A DNA stretch of 64,000 nt from Chiloscyllium plagiosum. Its lineage: Eukaryota. A program made the position numbers and the translations under genes. The notes below the pieces were generated by a model. It saw only the letters and a list, made by a program, of their open reading frames with translations, ran no database searches and was not told the origin of the DNA. Below, one piece after another: positions 1 to 13,484 of this stretch. The DNA is taken from positions 22,668,303 to 22,732,302 of the forward strand of contig NC_057718.1 of NCBI RefSeq assembly GCF_004010195.1, written 5' to 3'. The number at the start of each line of letters is the position of its first letter. The first letter of the stretch is position 1.

Positions 1-180
1 AAACAGGTCCTCCACCCTAGTCTTGCCTATGTTGTTGGTACCAACGTGGACCACAACAACTGGATCCTCCCCCTCCCGCTCCAATATCCTTTCAAGCCGG
101 TCGGAGATGTCTCGCACCCTGGCACCGGGCAGGCAACACACCATGCGAGACTCCTGATCTGGCTTGCAAAGGATACTATT
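1..180 (-). mobile_element. CR1 LINE ORF1 fragment (SGNH esterase domain)
   Basis: Minus strand reads ESRMVCCLPGARVRDISDRLERILEREGEDPVVVVHVGTNNIG, typical of the CR1 ORF1 esterase. Confidence 0.85.
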
Positions 181-789
181 AGATGAGTCATGGTCTCTTT
201 GAATTATGAACTAGTGGAATAGCCTACTTCTGCACCTACATGTTATAGTCTTATTTAACATGAAAAGGCAGTGCTGTCCAGAACTGTGCATGCACGCTAA
301 TCTGAAAACATGCCTGCGCATAATTCCAGATGCAGTATGTCACCTTATAAAATTGATATCTAATGTCAAATGTAAAGTCTTCAATGCACAGAAAATAAGG
401 GTGATTCGAAACAGGGTTCAATAGTGTGGAGTGAGAATGCAGAGGGCATGAAGATGGGGGAAGGGTAGGGACACAGGATGCCGGGTGAAAGGGGAGTAAG
501 GACTTGGGAATTAGAAGGCCACCCCTTTCCCTTCATCTCTTCCCTCACTTCCTCTCTTCATCTCTTCCTCTGTCCCAATCCCTACCCCATCCTCCCTCTG
601 TGCCCCATCCTCCTCTTTCCCTCTCTCCCCCACACCCTCTCCCAGGTCCTTGGCCCTCTCATCAGTTGCATCCCTCTAAACCGATTTAAATACACATGCC
701 CGTATCTAAGTGACACATAGTGCGCATGCATTGGTGTCAGCCGACGCAGCCTATGTAAGTGATACCAATAAAACAAAGTTATATTCATA

Positions 790-1265
790 AAACACAAGCT
801 TACCTTTTCCATTTACATAATGCTTTCAGGACCACTAGACATGTCAAACAGTTCACAGTGTAGTCAATGTTATAATGTTTTAAACAACACTTTTTACTGT
901 ATTTGTAACAAATACATGTGTCAATAAATCAAATCAAATTGCAATGTAGGAACTGCAGAATCAAGTTATACATAGCAAGCTCTCATAAACAACAATATGA
1001 TAATAATCTGATAATCACTTCTTTGTGATATTGATTAAGGAATGAAAATTGGCCCGAACACCAGGAACAACTGTCCCGTTCTTCTTTAAATTAGTGTCAT
1101 TCAATCGTTTGCATCCACTTGAGCTGGCAAATGGTGCCTGAAAGATCATGTTGATCAGTGTAGCCACTCCCTCAGTTCTTGTATTTGTATCTCAGCCTTG
1201 GTTTTCATACTGAAGCCATGGGGTGGAAATTGAATTCAGAACTTTATGACTTGGAGGCAAGGCAT
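790..1265 (-). mobile_element. Old Deu-domain SINE (SacSINE1/AmnSINE-like)
   Basis: Minus strand ...caagtggatgcaaacgattgaatgacactaatttaaagaagaacgggacagttgttcctggtgttcgggccaattttcattcc... resembles the Deu core; degenerate tRNA-like head near 1265. Confidence 0.55.
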
Positions 1266-2189
1266 ATGGCAGCTTCCATGATCTCAGGAAGTCCCATAGT
1301 AGTTCAGAGAAGATTAATTTATGCTGTAGTGTAAAAGTAATATCACTATAGCCTTCACTTTCATTAAATAACCACTTAATCTCAGGTGAGGGGAGAGGTT
1401 GAGAAGGAGAGTCCTTCATGGTAACCTCAGCTGCGCAGGAATTAAATCCACACCTTTGGTGTCATTATGCAGCACAGACCAGCTGTCCTACTAATTGACC
1501 CACTATTGCAGGCAAAACAGCAGTCTGTTCATTCACAATAAATGCCTTTCTAGGTGCCCAGAGAAGCATCACTTCTAAAATATAAAAGTTCTGAAAGTTA
1601 ATGTGAACCTCCAAGTGAATAGTCCAGAGATTCTGCTGTAAAACAAATTGCAAGTGTTTGAAAGAGATGTTTCTATTTCTCTGGCTATCTCAATATATCA
1701 ACTGTTTCATCTGAGATATCAGTCCTTATTAAAATCCACTTTGTTCACATGGCAGTATTAAAATCTTTTTAAAAAAATCTAATCACTTGTTTCTCAAAAT
1801 GTGATAAGATACCGTCTGAATGTAACTGTTTTCCTTTATGTAATTACCTTCTTCATTTGATTTAATTCGTATGACTGTGAGAAGGTGATGCTTTCAACAA
1901 CTACTAATTGCATTTAATCTATAAGAACACCTCAAGACTCTTCACAGGAGCATTGACAGAACAAATTCACTGAGTCAAAGAAATTAGGATAAGTGACCAA
2001 ATATCTGGTAGCTAAGAGAGAATTCACAGAGCATCTTGAAGGAGCAGTGAGAGACAGAAAGGTGAAAAGACTTAAGAATTACAGGGCTTGGGGCCTAATC
2101 TATTCAATACCAACGCTGCAGGCCAAGGGTGCTTTTTTGGAGGATCTGTTGTTAATTTTGTTGCTATTTGTGTAATTTTCCATCTACAG

Positions 2190-2320
2190 GCAGCGACCAG
2201 CACTGGGAGAATGTCTGGCAGCATTAGCTGGGGCCTTTCCAGTTGCATTCCTAGAAACTGACTCGAATAAACACAATCCATTCTCGAGCTACAACACTAA
2301 AACACCGAATGATCGAGCAG
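2190..2320 (+). CDS. RYR2: RYR2 exon (~human ex67), 131 nt: (R)[43 protein letters not shown]
   Basis: ttttccatctacag acceptor and CAG|gtacat donor; homologous to RyR2 [23 protein letters not shown]. Confidence 0.95.
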
Positions 2321-3375
2321 GTACATTAACCTTTTGTGCAATGATTGTTTTGACCGTTTAATTCATTTGATCTAATGCGCACACTTTAATGACCAACAAA
2401 TGTACTGATGCTATGCTTTGAAATTCCACCATATTCTGCCATATGATGGTAGCATGTTGATGTGTATAGTAAAGGTAAAAGTTGCCATAGTCTTAGCTGA
2501 CCATAGGGCTGCTCTTTCTCTTTAAGAGAGAACAGATGGCAGTTTAACCTGAGAATCACCATCTTCGGGCAAAGGGAAAGGTTGAGAAAGAGAGCTTTTA
2601 ATGGTAACCTCTGCTGGTTGCAGGAGTTGCACCCACACTGTCGACATTACTGTATGCTACAAAGCAGTTGCCCAGCCAACTGAGCTAACATCGTTAGCCT
2701 TCACCTGTTCGGTTCTCACCATTGGTTAAAATTGGAGCTTTAGGATAGCATTTTTAAAATTCATTCAGAGAATTTTGTCTTCATTAGCTGGGTAGGTTTA
2801 TTGTCCACCTCTAATTATGCTTGAGAAATTGATGGTGAGCAGCCTGCATGAACTGCTGCAGTCCAGTTGATGTAGGTAAAGCCAAAATGCTTTAGGGATG
2901 GATTTCAGTATTTTGACCCAATGATGATAAAGAGATCGGGATAAATCTCCAAGTTAGGATTGTGAGTGATCTGGTAAGGAACCTGCAGGTGGCGGTGTTC
3001 CACTGTGTCTGCTGCCCTTGACCTTCTAGATGTCAGTGTTCACAAGTTTGGTCAGGAGCCATTCTGGATTTCTGTACGCATCTTGTAGATAGTACACACT
3101 GCTGTTACTGAGCCTCAGTGGTAGAGGAAATGAATGTTTGTGGATGTAGTGCCTTCAAGCGAAGTGCTTTATTCTGGATATCGTTGACCTTCTCTTGCAT
3201 GTTGTTTGATCTGCACTCATTCAGACAAGTGGAAAGTATTCCATTATATTTCTAACTTGCATCTTGTAGATGGTGAACAGGCTTTGGGGAGTCAGGAGAT
3301 GAGCTACAGGACTCTCTATCCTCTGATTTGCTTTTGTAGACATTGTATTTGTGTGGTTAGTCCAGTTCAGTCTAG

Positions 3376-6300
3376 TAAGACCATAAGATATAGGAGCTTA
3401 TCAAGCCTGATCCACCATCAATCATAGCTGATATGTTTCTCAAACCCATTTTTCTGCTTTCTCCCTCTAACCCTTGATACCCTTACTGATCAAGAATCTG
3501 TTCCTAAATACACTCAGTGACTTGGCCTCCACAGCCTTCTGTGACAATGAGGTCCACAAATTCACTATTCTCTGGCTGAAGAAATTCCTTCTCATCTCGG
3601 TTCTAAATGGTCATGCCTTCACTCTGAGGCTCGATCCGTCTAAGTTTTAATGAAATTCCCTCTCATACATCTAAATTCCATCAAGTACAGATCAAAGTCC
3701 TTATCTGTTCCTCATATGACAAACCCTTCATCCCTGAGATCATTCTTGTAAACTTAATCTGGATTACCTCCAATGCCAGCACATTTTTCCTTAGATACAG
3801 GACCCAAGACTGCTCACAATATTCCAAATCAAGTCTGACCACAGCCTTTTACAGCATCAGCAGTAAAACCCTTCTTTTGAAGTCTAGCTCAGTCAAAATG
3901 AATGCTAACTTTGCAATGCCTTTCTAACTGCCAACTGAACCTGCATGTTAACTTTAAGAGAATTCTGAACTACATCTCTTAAGTTCCTTTGTGCTTCAGA
4001 ATTCAAAAGCCTTTCCTTATGTAGAAAACAGTCTACACCTCTGTTCTTCCTACCAAAATGCATACTTTCCCACTTTGTATTCCATCTGCCATTTGTCGCT
4101 CAATCTCCTCATCCATCCTAGTCATCTTCTATCCCTTCTGCATCTGCCCCACTTCCTCAGCACTATCTGTGCCTCCGCTTATCTTTGTGTTTTCTCCAAA
4201 CTGAGAAACAATGCCTTCAGTTCCTTTGTCCAGATCATCAAAGAATCATGTGAATAGTTGTGGTCCCGATGCTGACTCCTGCAGATTTCCACTCGTCACC
4301 AGCCACCATCCTGAAAAAGACTGCTTTGTCCCCACTGTCTGCCTTTTGCTAATCAGCTAATCCTCTATCCATGGCAGTACCTAGCCCCTGACACCATGAG
4401 CTCATGTCTTGTTCAGCAGTCTCCTCTGTGGCACCTTGTCAAAAGCCTTCTGGGAATCCAAATAGATCGAGTCCACTGACTCTCCTTTGTCTAACTTGCG
4501 TGTTACCTAAGAGAAGCCTAACAGATTTGCCAGGGATGACCTTCCCTTGTTGAAACTCTGCTAACTCAGCCTTATTTTATCATGCACTTCCAAGTATTGC
4601 ACAATCTTTTCCTTCATGATGGATTCTAAAAGCCTGCAAATAACCGAGATCTCCTTCCTTCATGTCTTAAACAGGGGTGTAATATTAGCCTTTTTCCAGT
4701 CCTCTGGGTCCCTCCCTGACCCCTGTGATTCCTGAACGATCATTAGCAATGCCACTACAATCTCCTTCATTATCTCCTTCAGACCCTGGAGTGTAGTCCA
4801 TCAGTCTGGGTGCTTTATCTACCTTCAGACCTTTCAGCTTCCTCAGTGATGGTCACTACACTCACCTCTGCTTTCTGATTCTCTTGAAGTTCTAAGAGAA
4901 AGTGAGGACTGCAGATCCTGGAGATCAGAGTCGAAATATGTGGCACTTGAAAAGCATATCAGGTCAGGCAGCATTCAAGGAACAGGAGAGTCAATGTTTC
5001 GGGCATATGCCCTTCATCAGGCAGGTCTAATGTACGTCACACTTTTCGACTCTCTTGAAGTTTTAGTATGCTACTGACTTTCTCCACCTGGAAGACTGAT
5101 GCAAAGTACCTATTCAGTTCCTCCGCCATTTCTTTGATACCCGTTACCATTTCTCCAGCTTCATTTTCCAGCAGTCCAATGTCCACTTTAACTTTATAAA
5201 TTTTTTAAAAATTGCAATCTTCTTTTATATAACTAGCTAGTGTACACTCATATTTCATGTTCTCCCCCCCCCACCCCCCATCCCATTTTTGCTTTTTTAG
5301 TTATCCTTTGCTGGATTTTAAAGGCTTTACAATCCTCTGACTTCCCACTAACCTTCACATTGGATGCTTCTTCTTTAACTTTCCTACTTTCGCTGACTTC
5401 CCTGGTCAGGAATGTATGCCTGCTCCTCCCTTTCGTATGTTTCTTCTTCCTTGGGATGAATTTCTGCTGTGTTTCCTGAATTACCCCCCAGAAGCTCCTG
5501 CCATTGCTACTCCACCATCTTCCCAGCTTTCCTCCCCTTCCAATCAACTCTGACCAGCTACTCCCTCATGTCTTTGTAATTAACTTTATTCAATTGTAAT
5601 ACTGTTACGTCTGATTCCAGCTTCTCCCACTTAAACTGCAAGGTGAATTATATCATATTATGCTCACTGCCCCTTGGAGTTTCTTCACCTTAAGCTTCCT
5701 AATCAAATCTTACTTATTACACATCACCAAATCCAGAATTGTCTATTCCCTTGTGGGCTGTACCACAAGCTGCTCCAAAAAAATCATCTCATTGACATTC
5801 CACAAATTCCTTTTTTTGAGATCCGCTACCAAACTGATTTTCCCAGTCCAGCGCATATTGAAATTCCCCATGTCTATTGTAATAGAGCCTTTCTTAAGTT
5901 CCATTTCTATCTCCTGATTTTTTTTCTGCTCCACATCCTATTGCGAGAAGGCTTGTATACAACTCCCACCATGGTCTTTCTTTATGTGGTTCCTCAATTC
6001 TACCTGCACAGATTCTATGCTTTTGAGTCTATATTACTCCTCAATATCGATTTAATTTCATTTCTTATTAACAAGGCGACCCTGCACATCTGCATGTCCT
6101 TTCGATAGGATGTATATCCTTGGATATTTAGTTTTCCAGCCCTGATCTCCATGCAGCCACATCTCTGTGATTGCCACGACATCTACCCACCAATTTCAAA
6201 CTGAGCTACAAGCTCATTTACCTTGTTCCTTATACTGTGCATATTTAAGTACAACATTCTCAGTCTTACGTTGACTCACCCCTTCTCAGAGTTGACCTCT

Positions 6301-6450
6301 TACCTGCTGTACCTGAAGTTAGATTCCTGACCCTTTCCTTAACCTCTTTCCTGTTACTTGTTCTAGAAAGTTTAATAACCTCTCCTGAGCTCTCCTCCCA
6401 TTTAACTTCTTCCATAATTTTCAATGCAACTGAACCCACCCTCCACTTTG
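3376..6450 (-). mobile_element. Decayed long CR1 LINE (ORF2 endonuclease/RT plus 3' tail)
   Basis: 3' tail taagaccataagatatagga on the + strand; minus-strand ORF remnants such as SITIDMGNFNMRW...FLEQLVVQPTRE (EN domain) and the antisense of the YLDFQKAFDKVPH motif near 4430-4465. Confidence 0.85.
4892..5050 (-). mobile_element. Short PLE-derived element with partly decayed hammerhead core, nested in CR1
   Basis: Direct repeat TCTCTTGAAGTT at 4880-4891 and 5051-5062; minus strand cCTGATGAagggcatatgcccGAAAcattg; same family as 45021-45145. Confidence 0.7.
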
Positions 6451-6766
6451 GTCAGTGGGATCTTGATCGTGTGGGATTCAGAGATGTTAGTGCTATTGAA
6501 TATCAAGGGGTAATGATTAGATTGTTAGATATGACATCATGTAGAGGTGGTCAAAACGTTGCTGATGATGTTTGGACTGTTTATATTGTATCTTATTAAG
6601 AAAATGAAAAAGTGCACTAAAAACCAAAAATGCAATCTTCAAATTATGCATCAGGGTTCCTTATTAAAACATTTGGTTTCGGAGTGAATAGATTAAAAGT
6701 GCAGGGTGTTGTTCTCTGGGGACTGCTATTGATCTTCATGCTGTTAAAGTTTTTCTTATGCCTTAG

Positions 6767-7087
6767 CTCTGAAGTTACCAGCCAAAGTGGAAGATATGTG
6801 CCCCAATATTCCTTCCCTGGAAAGTTTACTGGATGAGATCATGGAGCTGGCAGAATCTGGGATACGCTACACTCAGATGCCCCATGTGATGGAAGTTATT
6901 CTGCCCATGCTATGCAGCTACATGTCCCATTGGTGGGAACATGGGCCAGAGAATAACCCTGAGAAGGCAGAGCAGTGTTGCACTGCTCTCACCTCCGAAC
7001 ACATGAACACCCTTCTGGGCAACATTCTGAAGATAATTTCGAACAACTTGGGCATTGACGAAGGAGCCTGGATGAAAAGATTAGCAG
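6767..7087 (+). CDS. RYR2: RYR2 exon (~ex68), 321 nt: (A)[18 protein letters not shown]...[12 protein letters not shown]
   Basis: ttttcttatgccttag acceptor and GCAG|gtactg donor; overlaps ORF 6787..7212. Confidence 0.97.
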
Positions 7088-8104
7088 GTACTGCTGTTTA
7101 TGACCAGTATGTTTCACAAAACTTAAGCATCATCAGACTGATTGTAAGTTGGGGGTGTGCAAATCAGGAAATTGCCAAAGCATTCTCAAGACTTTTTTTA
7201 ATAAATGGATAGAAATTCCTGGGGAGTTGGCCCATAATTTTTGATTCAGCACATCCCAATGAAATATGGGACATTTGGGCTATGCATTTAGAAATTCAGC
7301 CATTTGAATAAAAAGATGTCTCAATTAAGGAGCATTTGTTCTTTAGTTTCTTAGAGTGGATTTTTTTCTGCGACTCACAGGGTAAAAAATTGCATTTGAT
7401 CAAAGAACCTTCACTTATAATAACACTATGTTTTTCTACTCCAGTAGTCAGAAGTAAAATTGATATTGGGACTGTGATGTCTAATTAATTGCGATTATCT
7501 GCTGTTCAGAATTTACCATTCCTACTGTTTACTTGAAGACATTAGTTACAAGAGCTGCCAGATTTTCTGTAAGGGAAATATTCCTTTTGATTGATGAAAC
7601 TATTAAGAGTCAGTGAAGTAAGCCAAGAATGCAAAAAGTGTGACTTCAGAAGAGCCTTCATTATTCCCTTTGGATGTGTTAACTTAGCTGTATTTGTTTC
7701 ACATACCTCTATTCTATAGAGGAAGGAAAGTTTTCCCTCATCTCCCATTTCACTTGAGGTTGTTATTTGTAATCAGTCTGTACATTTTGCTATATGTAAA
7801 GTTGTATTGTAAAGTGTAATACTTAAGTGTTGAGTTATAATCAACAGTTTTGCTACTAGTATGCAAGATATTAAAACAAAAGTTTGATTTCAGTTACAGT
7901 TTACATCCATTTGTTTTCTGTACAGTTATAGAATAACACAACCGAGACAGAGGCCATTCAGCACAATTTGCCTGTGTCAGCTGTTTGGTTCCTCTCGTTC
8001 CCCTGCACATTTCCTCTGTAAATGTTTTCTCTTCAAGTGTTTATCCAGTTCCCTTTTGAAAATCGCTACTGCACTTTCTTCCACCAATCCTATCAAATCA
8101 CAGA

Positions 8105-8443
8105 GGCATGGTGGCTCAGTGGTTAGCACTGCTACCTCATGGTGATAGGGACCCCAGTTTGATTCCACCCTCTATGGGAGGTTTACACATTCTGTCCATG
8201 TTGTGGATTTCCTGCGGGTGCTCTAGTTTCCTCTCACAGTCCAAAGATGTGCAGTTTATGTGGATTGGCCGTACTAAGTTGCCCATAGTGTCCAGGGATG
8301 TGCAGGCTAGGTGGGTTAGCCATAGGAAATGCAAGGTTATGGGAGTGGGGGCGTGGTGGGTGGGACACTTTTCAAAAGGTTGTCGTGGACTTGATGAGCC
8401 AGATGGCCTGTTTCCACACTGTAGAGATCCTCTGATTCTATGA
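8105..8443 (+). mobile_element. HE1/V-SINE (tRNA-derived), diverged
   Basis: Head ggtggctcagtggttagcactgct, central V-domain, CR1-like tail ggcctgtttccacactgtag...gattctatga. Confidence 0.85.
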
Positions 8444-8475
8444 AATGCTGCAACCTGATGTTTTACTCCTACCAG

Positions 8476-8716
8476 TATTCTCACAGCCAATTATCAGCAA
8501 AGTGAAACCACAGCTCCTTAAAACACACTTCCTTCCCCTGATGGAGAAGCTGAAAAAGAAAGTGGCCACTGTGGTGATAGAAGAGGAACATCTGAAATCA
8601 GAGGGCAGAGGAGACATGTCTGAGGCTGAACTGTTAATTCTGGATGAATTTACTGTGCTCGCCCGAGATCTTTATGCTTTCTACCCACTACTGATCAGAT
8701 TTGTGGATTATAACCG
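8476..8716 (+). CDS. RYR2: RYR2 exon (~ex69), 241 nt: (V)FSQPIISKVKPQLLK...YPLLIRFVDYN(R)
   Basis: ttttactcctaccag acceptor and CCG|gtaatg donor; overlaps ORF 8445..8720. Confidence 0.97.
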
Positions 8717-10544
8717 GTAATGTACTTTTAATATTTTACTTTACTGTAATTTTGATTGATTAAGCAAAAACTTGACAGATGGAGATTAATGTAGGAAAGT
8801 GTGATGTCATGCGATTAGGTCAGAAGATCGTACTCCTGGTCATCACCCCATACCATTCAAAAAAAAGTCATAGCAACTCACATATGGCAATCTCCTGCAT
8901 TGAATCTCATTCTACAGTGTTGAGGGATAGAATGCATTTCACTGTCATTGTACCCTTTACTACTGTACCTATCTCAGGCCAGATGTTAGGAAGAATGAAC
9001 TCTTAAGAATAATATATTCAATATATTGTTGTGATATCAAGAGTACAGGTTCAATTCCTGTATCATCTTCATGAAGCACCTGCCTTTTCAAACAACCCCT
9101 CATCTTAGGTCAGGTGATGCTCAGGTTAGAGTCACCGCCAATTGTCTTTCTCTCTCTCTCTTGAGGGAGCAGCCTGTCAACTGTAGAATATGACAACTTC
9201 CATATTATTATTTGTAGTCAAAGTATTAACTGTTAAACATATTTTAATTCTGTGCTACTTACAAAACATATGTCTGCTGTCTTGGTACTGCATACCATGA
9301 ATACACTGTCCCCTGGCAATATTCTAATTTTTTTTTCCTTTGTTCATGGGCTGTGGACATGGCTGGCAAGGCCAAGGTTTGTTGCTTATCCCTGACTACC
9401 CTCCAAGCTCACCTCACCATTATAGCTGTGCTTGATGTAAAGTCAATCTGGTAGATGTTCTGCCTTTCTGGTAGGGGTGTACAAGGCTTCTTTGGTCTAG
9501 TGTAGTATAGGAAAGTCACTTAGTTTTTCACTGCTCTGAAGTGCCTGGATCCCCACCACAGCTCATAATGGCATAAGATCAAAGTAAATTTCTTGCCATC
9601 ATACACTTTTCTGGATGGGATTTGCAGGACTTGCTTAGCCTTTTGATCAAGGAAAAACAGCCGAACAAGAAAAGACCCTGGTCTTAAAAAATGATGTAGT
9701 TGATTTGCTGGTGGTAAATGCGTACAAATTACATTGGACTGATAGACATTGGAACTGAGATTATGAGGGAGATCTCATTGATTGGTCTTTTCCCTCTGAA
9801 AAACTTGCTGTTCCCTTTTCCAACTCCATCTGACATCATCATATTGTGTGGTGCGAAGTGAACTCCACAGCATGAATCCTTTGAAACGCTTACTCTCTTG
9901 TCCAACAGTAACATTGCTAGACATGCAATGAAAGTGCCTTTTATGTATCTTGCTATACCTCTGGGCGACATTATAGTAGAGGAGCAGGAGTAGCCTAGAG
10001 GACTTTTTGGCATTTGTTGAAAACAGCTTAAGAAAAGATGTAGGAAGTTTAGTGGAGATGTGAGTTTTTAAAAAAAAACACCCTGGAAGTGGTGAGAATG
10101 TGGAACTCACTGCTTGTAAGGGTGGTGCAGAGAGAAATCCTCATAACATTTAAGAGGTATTTAGATGTGCACTTGCAATGCCAAGGCTTAGAAGGCTATG
10201 GGCTAAATACTGGCAAATGGGTCTTTCTCTGTGCTGGAGATCTCTATAAGAGTATTTTTACTTTGGTCTTTAGCCAATAACAATTAATGAAATGACTAGT
10301 CTTAAATTTGAACACATAGTGCCAATTTATTGACTGGTCATTCCTGATGAATAGCAGTGCTCACAGGGAGTATTGATTGTGGGCTCATTAATATTAAGTT
10401 AAATCCCTTTTACTGCAGCAAGATATCAAAACCGCTACTGTTTTGACTGATCACTCAGCAGGCAGCAGCAATCTAGTAAGTGCAGAGTTGTGAATTTTCC
10501 ACAAATGAACATTAATGAATGGATAATATGGAACTTTTCAAAGG

Positions 10545-11340
10545 AACTGGCCAACAAATGTAGGAAAGCTAATGGCATACTGCCTTTTATCGCGAAAGGA
10601 TTTGAGGATAGGAGTAGGGATGTATTGCTGCACTTGTACAGGGCATTGGTGAGGCCACACCTTGAGTACTGTGTGCAGTTTTGGTCTCCTAGTCTGAGGG
10701 AGGACGTTCTTGCTATTGAAGGATTCCAGCAAAGGTTCACAAGTCTGATTCCCGGGATGGCAGAACTAATGTATGAAGAAAGACTGATATGGAATTTAGA
10801 AGAATGAGGGTGGCTTTGATAGAAACTGATAAAATTCTGTTGGGACTGGACAGGATAGATGCGGGAAGTATGTTCCTTATGTTGGGGAAGTCCAGAACGA
10901 GGGATCACAGTCTAAGAATAAGGGGTAAGCCATTCAGGACTAATATGAGGAAGAATTTCTTCACTCTCAGTGTGTTGTGAACTTGCGGAATTCTATCCCA
11001 CAGAAAGCTATTGGGGCCAGTTTGTTAGATACATTCAAGAGGAACTGGACATGGTCCTTGCAGCTAAAGGGTTTAAGGGCTATGGAGAGAAAGTGCTCTT
11101 CACTCTCAGTGTGTTGTGAACTTGCGGAATTCTATCCCACAGAAAGCTATTGGGGCCAGTTTGTTAGATACATTCAAGAGGGAACTGGACATGGTCCTTG
11201 CAGCTAAAGGGTTTAAGGGCTATGGAGAGAAAGTGGGAATGAGAGACTGAGATTGCGTGATCAGCCGTGGTCATATAGAATGGTGGTGCAAGCAAGGGTC
11301 AAATGGCCTACTGCTGCACCTATTTTCTATGTTTCTATGT
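10545..11340 (+). mobile_element. CR1 LINE 3' fragment with an internal 138-bp tandem duplication
   Basis: Reads LLHLYRALVRPHLEYCVQFWSP...SRTRDHSLRIRG; tail tttctatgtttctatgt. Confidence 0.9.
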
Positions 11341-11454
11341 AATATTGCTTCTTTCCACCTGGAGATTCAGCCATAACTTCTGAAAATACAGAAGAGTTAA
11401 AATCCACTGTGGCTCTAAAACATGCCTACAAAATGTCTTTTTGTTTCTTTCCAG

Positions 11455-11542
11455 TGCAAAATGGCTTAAAGAGCCAAATCCTGAAGCAGAGGAGCTTTTC
11501 CGCATGGTAGCAGAAGTATTTATCTACTGGGCAAAATCTCAT
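11455..11542 (+). CDS. RYR2: RYR2 exon (~ex70), 88 nt: [29 protein letters not shown]
   Basis: tttctttccag acceptor and CAT|gtaagc donor. Confidence 0.97.
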
Positions 11543-11654
11543 GTAAGCTCAATATGCAATAATGAAACCAACCTTCAGGATCTTTCATAAAACAATAATT
11601 TATGTGGTTATAATACTTTTTCAATCTCACTTACAGTCAATATTTATTTTTCAG

Positions 11655-11747
11655 AATTTTAAAAGAGAGGAACAGAACTTTGTGATTCAGAATGAAATCA
11701 ACAACATGTCTTTCCTCATTACTGATACAAAGTCCAAGATGTCAAAG
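11655..11747 (+). CDS. RYR2: RYR2 exon (~ex71), 93 nt: [31 protein letters not shown]
   Basis: tatttttcag acceptor and AAG|gttcca donor; preceded by a 112-nt intron. Confidence 0.97.
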
Positions 11748-12411
11748 GTTCCAAATGTATCATTTTGTTTCTGTTTCTGTTACAGTTTTATATAGAATTT
11801 CTGCTATTTGCCGTTGGAGTTGCCTTGAATTTTAAGTTGCAGTAATTTATAGTTGTTAAAATATTAATTGTTCATGTATTGATTAGACATTAATTCAGCT
11901 GAACAGTTTTAATGACTTCACAGTGGTTAATAAAAAATTTGAGATGATCAATAGATATTAAGATTTCCCTCTGACCGGTGCCTATTGTTCATTATATCTT
12001 GTAATACAGTGCGTCATTTTCATCTCGGTGAGTTATTTCCTTGTTGTAACCGTTGAGTATGTTGTTCTGGGCTCAATCCAATGCAATAAAATAGGTTGGA
12101 AATCCACTATCTCTAAGCGTTCCATGTAAAATCAAGTTAGGGTATTCAAACATCAGTCTTTAGAAAAACTGTTAGAAGATACCCATAATATGGTATTAAC
12201 CAACAATATGTTGGGAATCAGAGAAGGTTTCTCTTCTAATTTCACCTTGGTTCTCCATGCTGATAGTTCCGGTCCTCTCTCCCTGGTCCTTTTGTAGCAC
12301 TAAATAAACCGCTTTAGACCTGACCTTTTGGAAAAATATCATGACAACAACCATTTTCTCGATAAGTCATGTTAACAATAATGACTTTTTTTCTTCTTTT
12401 GCTGTCCCCAG

Positions 12412-12582
12412 GGAGGTGTGTCTGATCAAGAGAGGAAGAAATCAAAGAGGAAGGGAGATCGCTATTCTCTTCAAACTTCACTCATTGTTGCAGCGTTGAA
12501 GAGACTGCTGCCTATTGGGTTAAATATATGTGCACCTGGTGACCAGGAACTAATCTCATTAGCTAAAAGTAGATTTAGCATG
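12412..12582 (+). CDS. RYR2: RYR2 exon (~ex72), 171 nt: [19 protein letters not shown]...LAKSRFSM
   Basis: Long polypyrimidine tract ending ccccag, ATG|gtatgt donor. Confidence 0.97.
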
Positions 12583-13484
12583 GTATGTGGACTGCAAATC
12601 AGATTACTTTTTCTGAGTAATTTTTAATCATCTTAATGTCAAAAGATTTCAGTACATTGATAAGAATATCAATAGGAAGGTCGAAAGCCTGGAAATTACT
12701 CCGCACCTTATGTTAACATGGATACTAATTGTATGGTAAAAGCCCAGTCTTTTTGTTTTCTGAGCAATAATTCTCATTTTTATTTATTGCTGTGCTGAAA
12801 ATTCTTCTCAACGTGTTACACACAACACTATCGCTCAGTCTGTGCATTATGGTGTTTCAGCTGCTGTAAGGCTGATCAGTTCCATTTAAGGGAATTTTTG
12901 CCCAACTCTTATTCTTATACCTGTCAGCTTGCAGATATTTGGGCTGTAACATTTCAGAAAAGCACTGTAGCATCACATGGATATGTTTGTGTGCCAGTTA
13001 AAGCATTTACGCTAATTGAGAGATTGCCTAATATCTTACATTTGTTTGAATAAACAGGAGAAGGAGCAGTGCAGTTACATGGTGAGTGAGTGCACCATGT
13101 AATGAAAGAGGAACAGCATTGGATGGTCAGGGTAGTAGGGATCCACTGATTTCACACATAAATCCCCACAGATGCTCCATGTACAAAGGGAAGTAGATCT
13201 TTGTGAATCTCACAGAGAAAAAGTGCCTCAAGAGATTCCTTTTGAAAGGCGTGCATTGTTATCATGCCTTATCATTGTCTTCAGATCCGTCACATAAGTG
13301 AATGGCATTAAAGTTGAGTGACTTGGGGCAATAAATTCAGCAATTATGCTTTGTATTGTGAGATCTCATGAGCAATCATCAAAATAACCAATTCATCTGG
13401 TTTTGTGGATTTGGTTTTGTGAAGAATTTAGTGTAGAATGTCAAGAGCATTTCTTGTCCTTTTGCAAATATGGGGATATCTAAT

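Noticed and set aside
280..740. Purine-rich then pyrimidine-rich block with imperfect inverted flanks; ORFs 478..720, 504..689 and 582..812
   Set aside because: Low-complexity sequence; no convincing TIR or TSD, and the ORFs are compositional artefacts.
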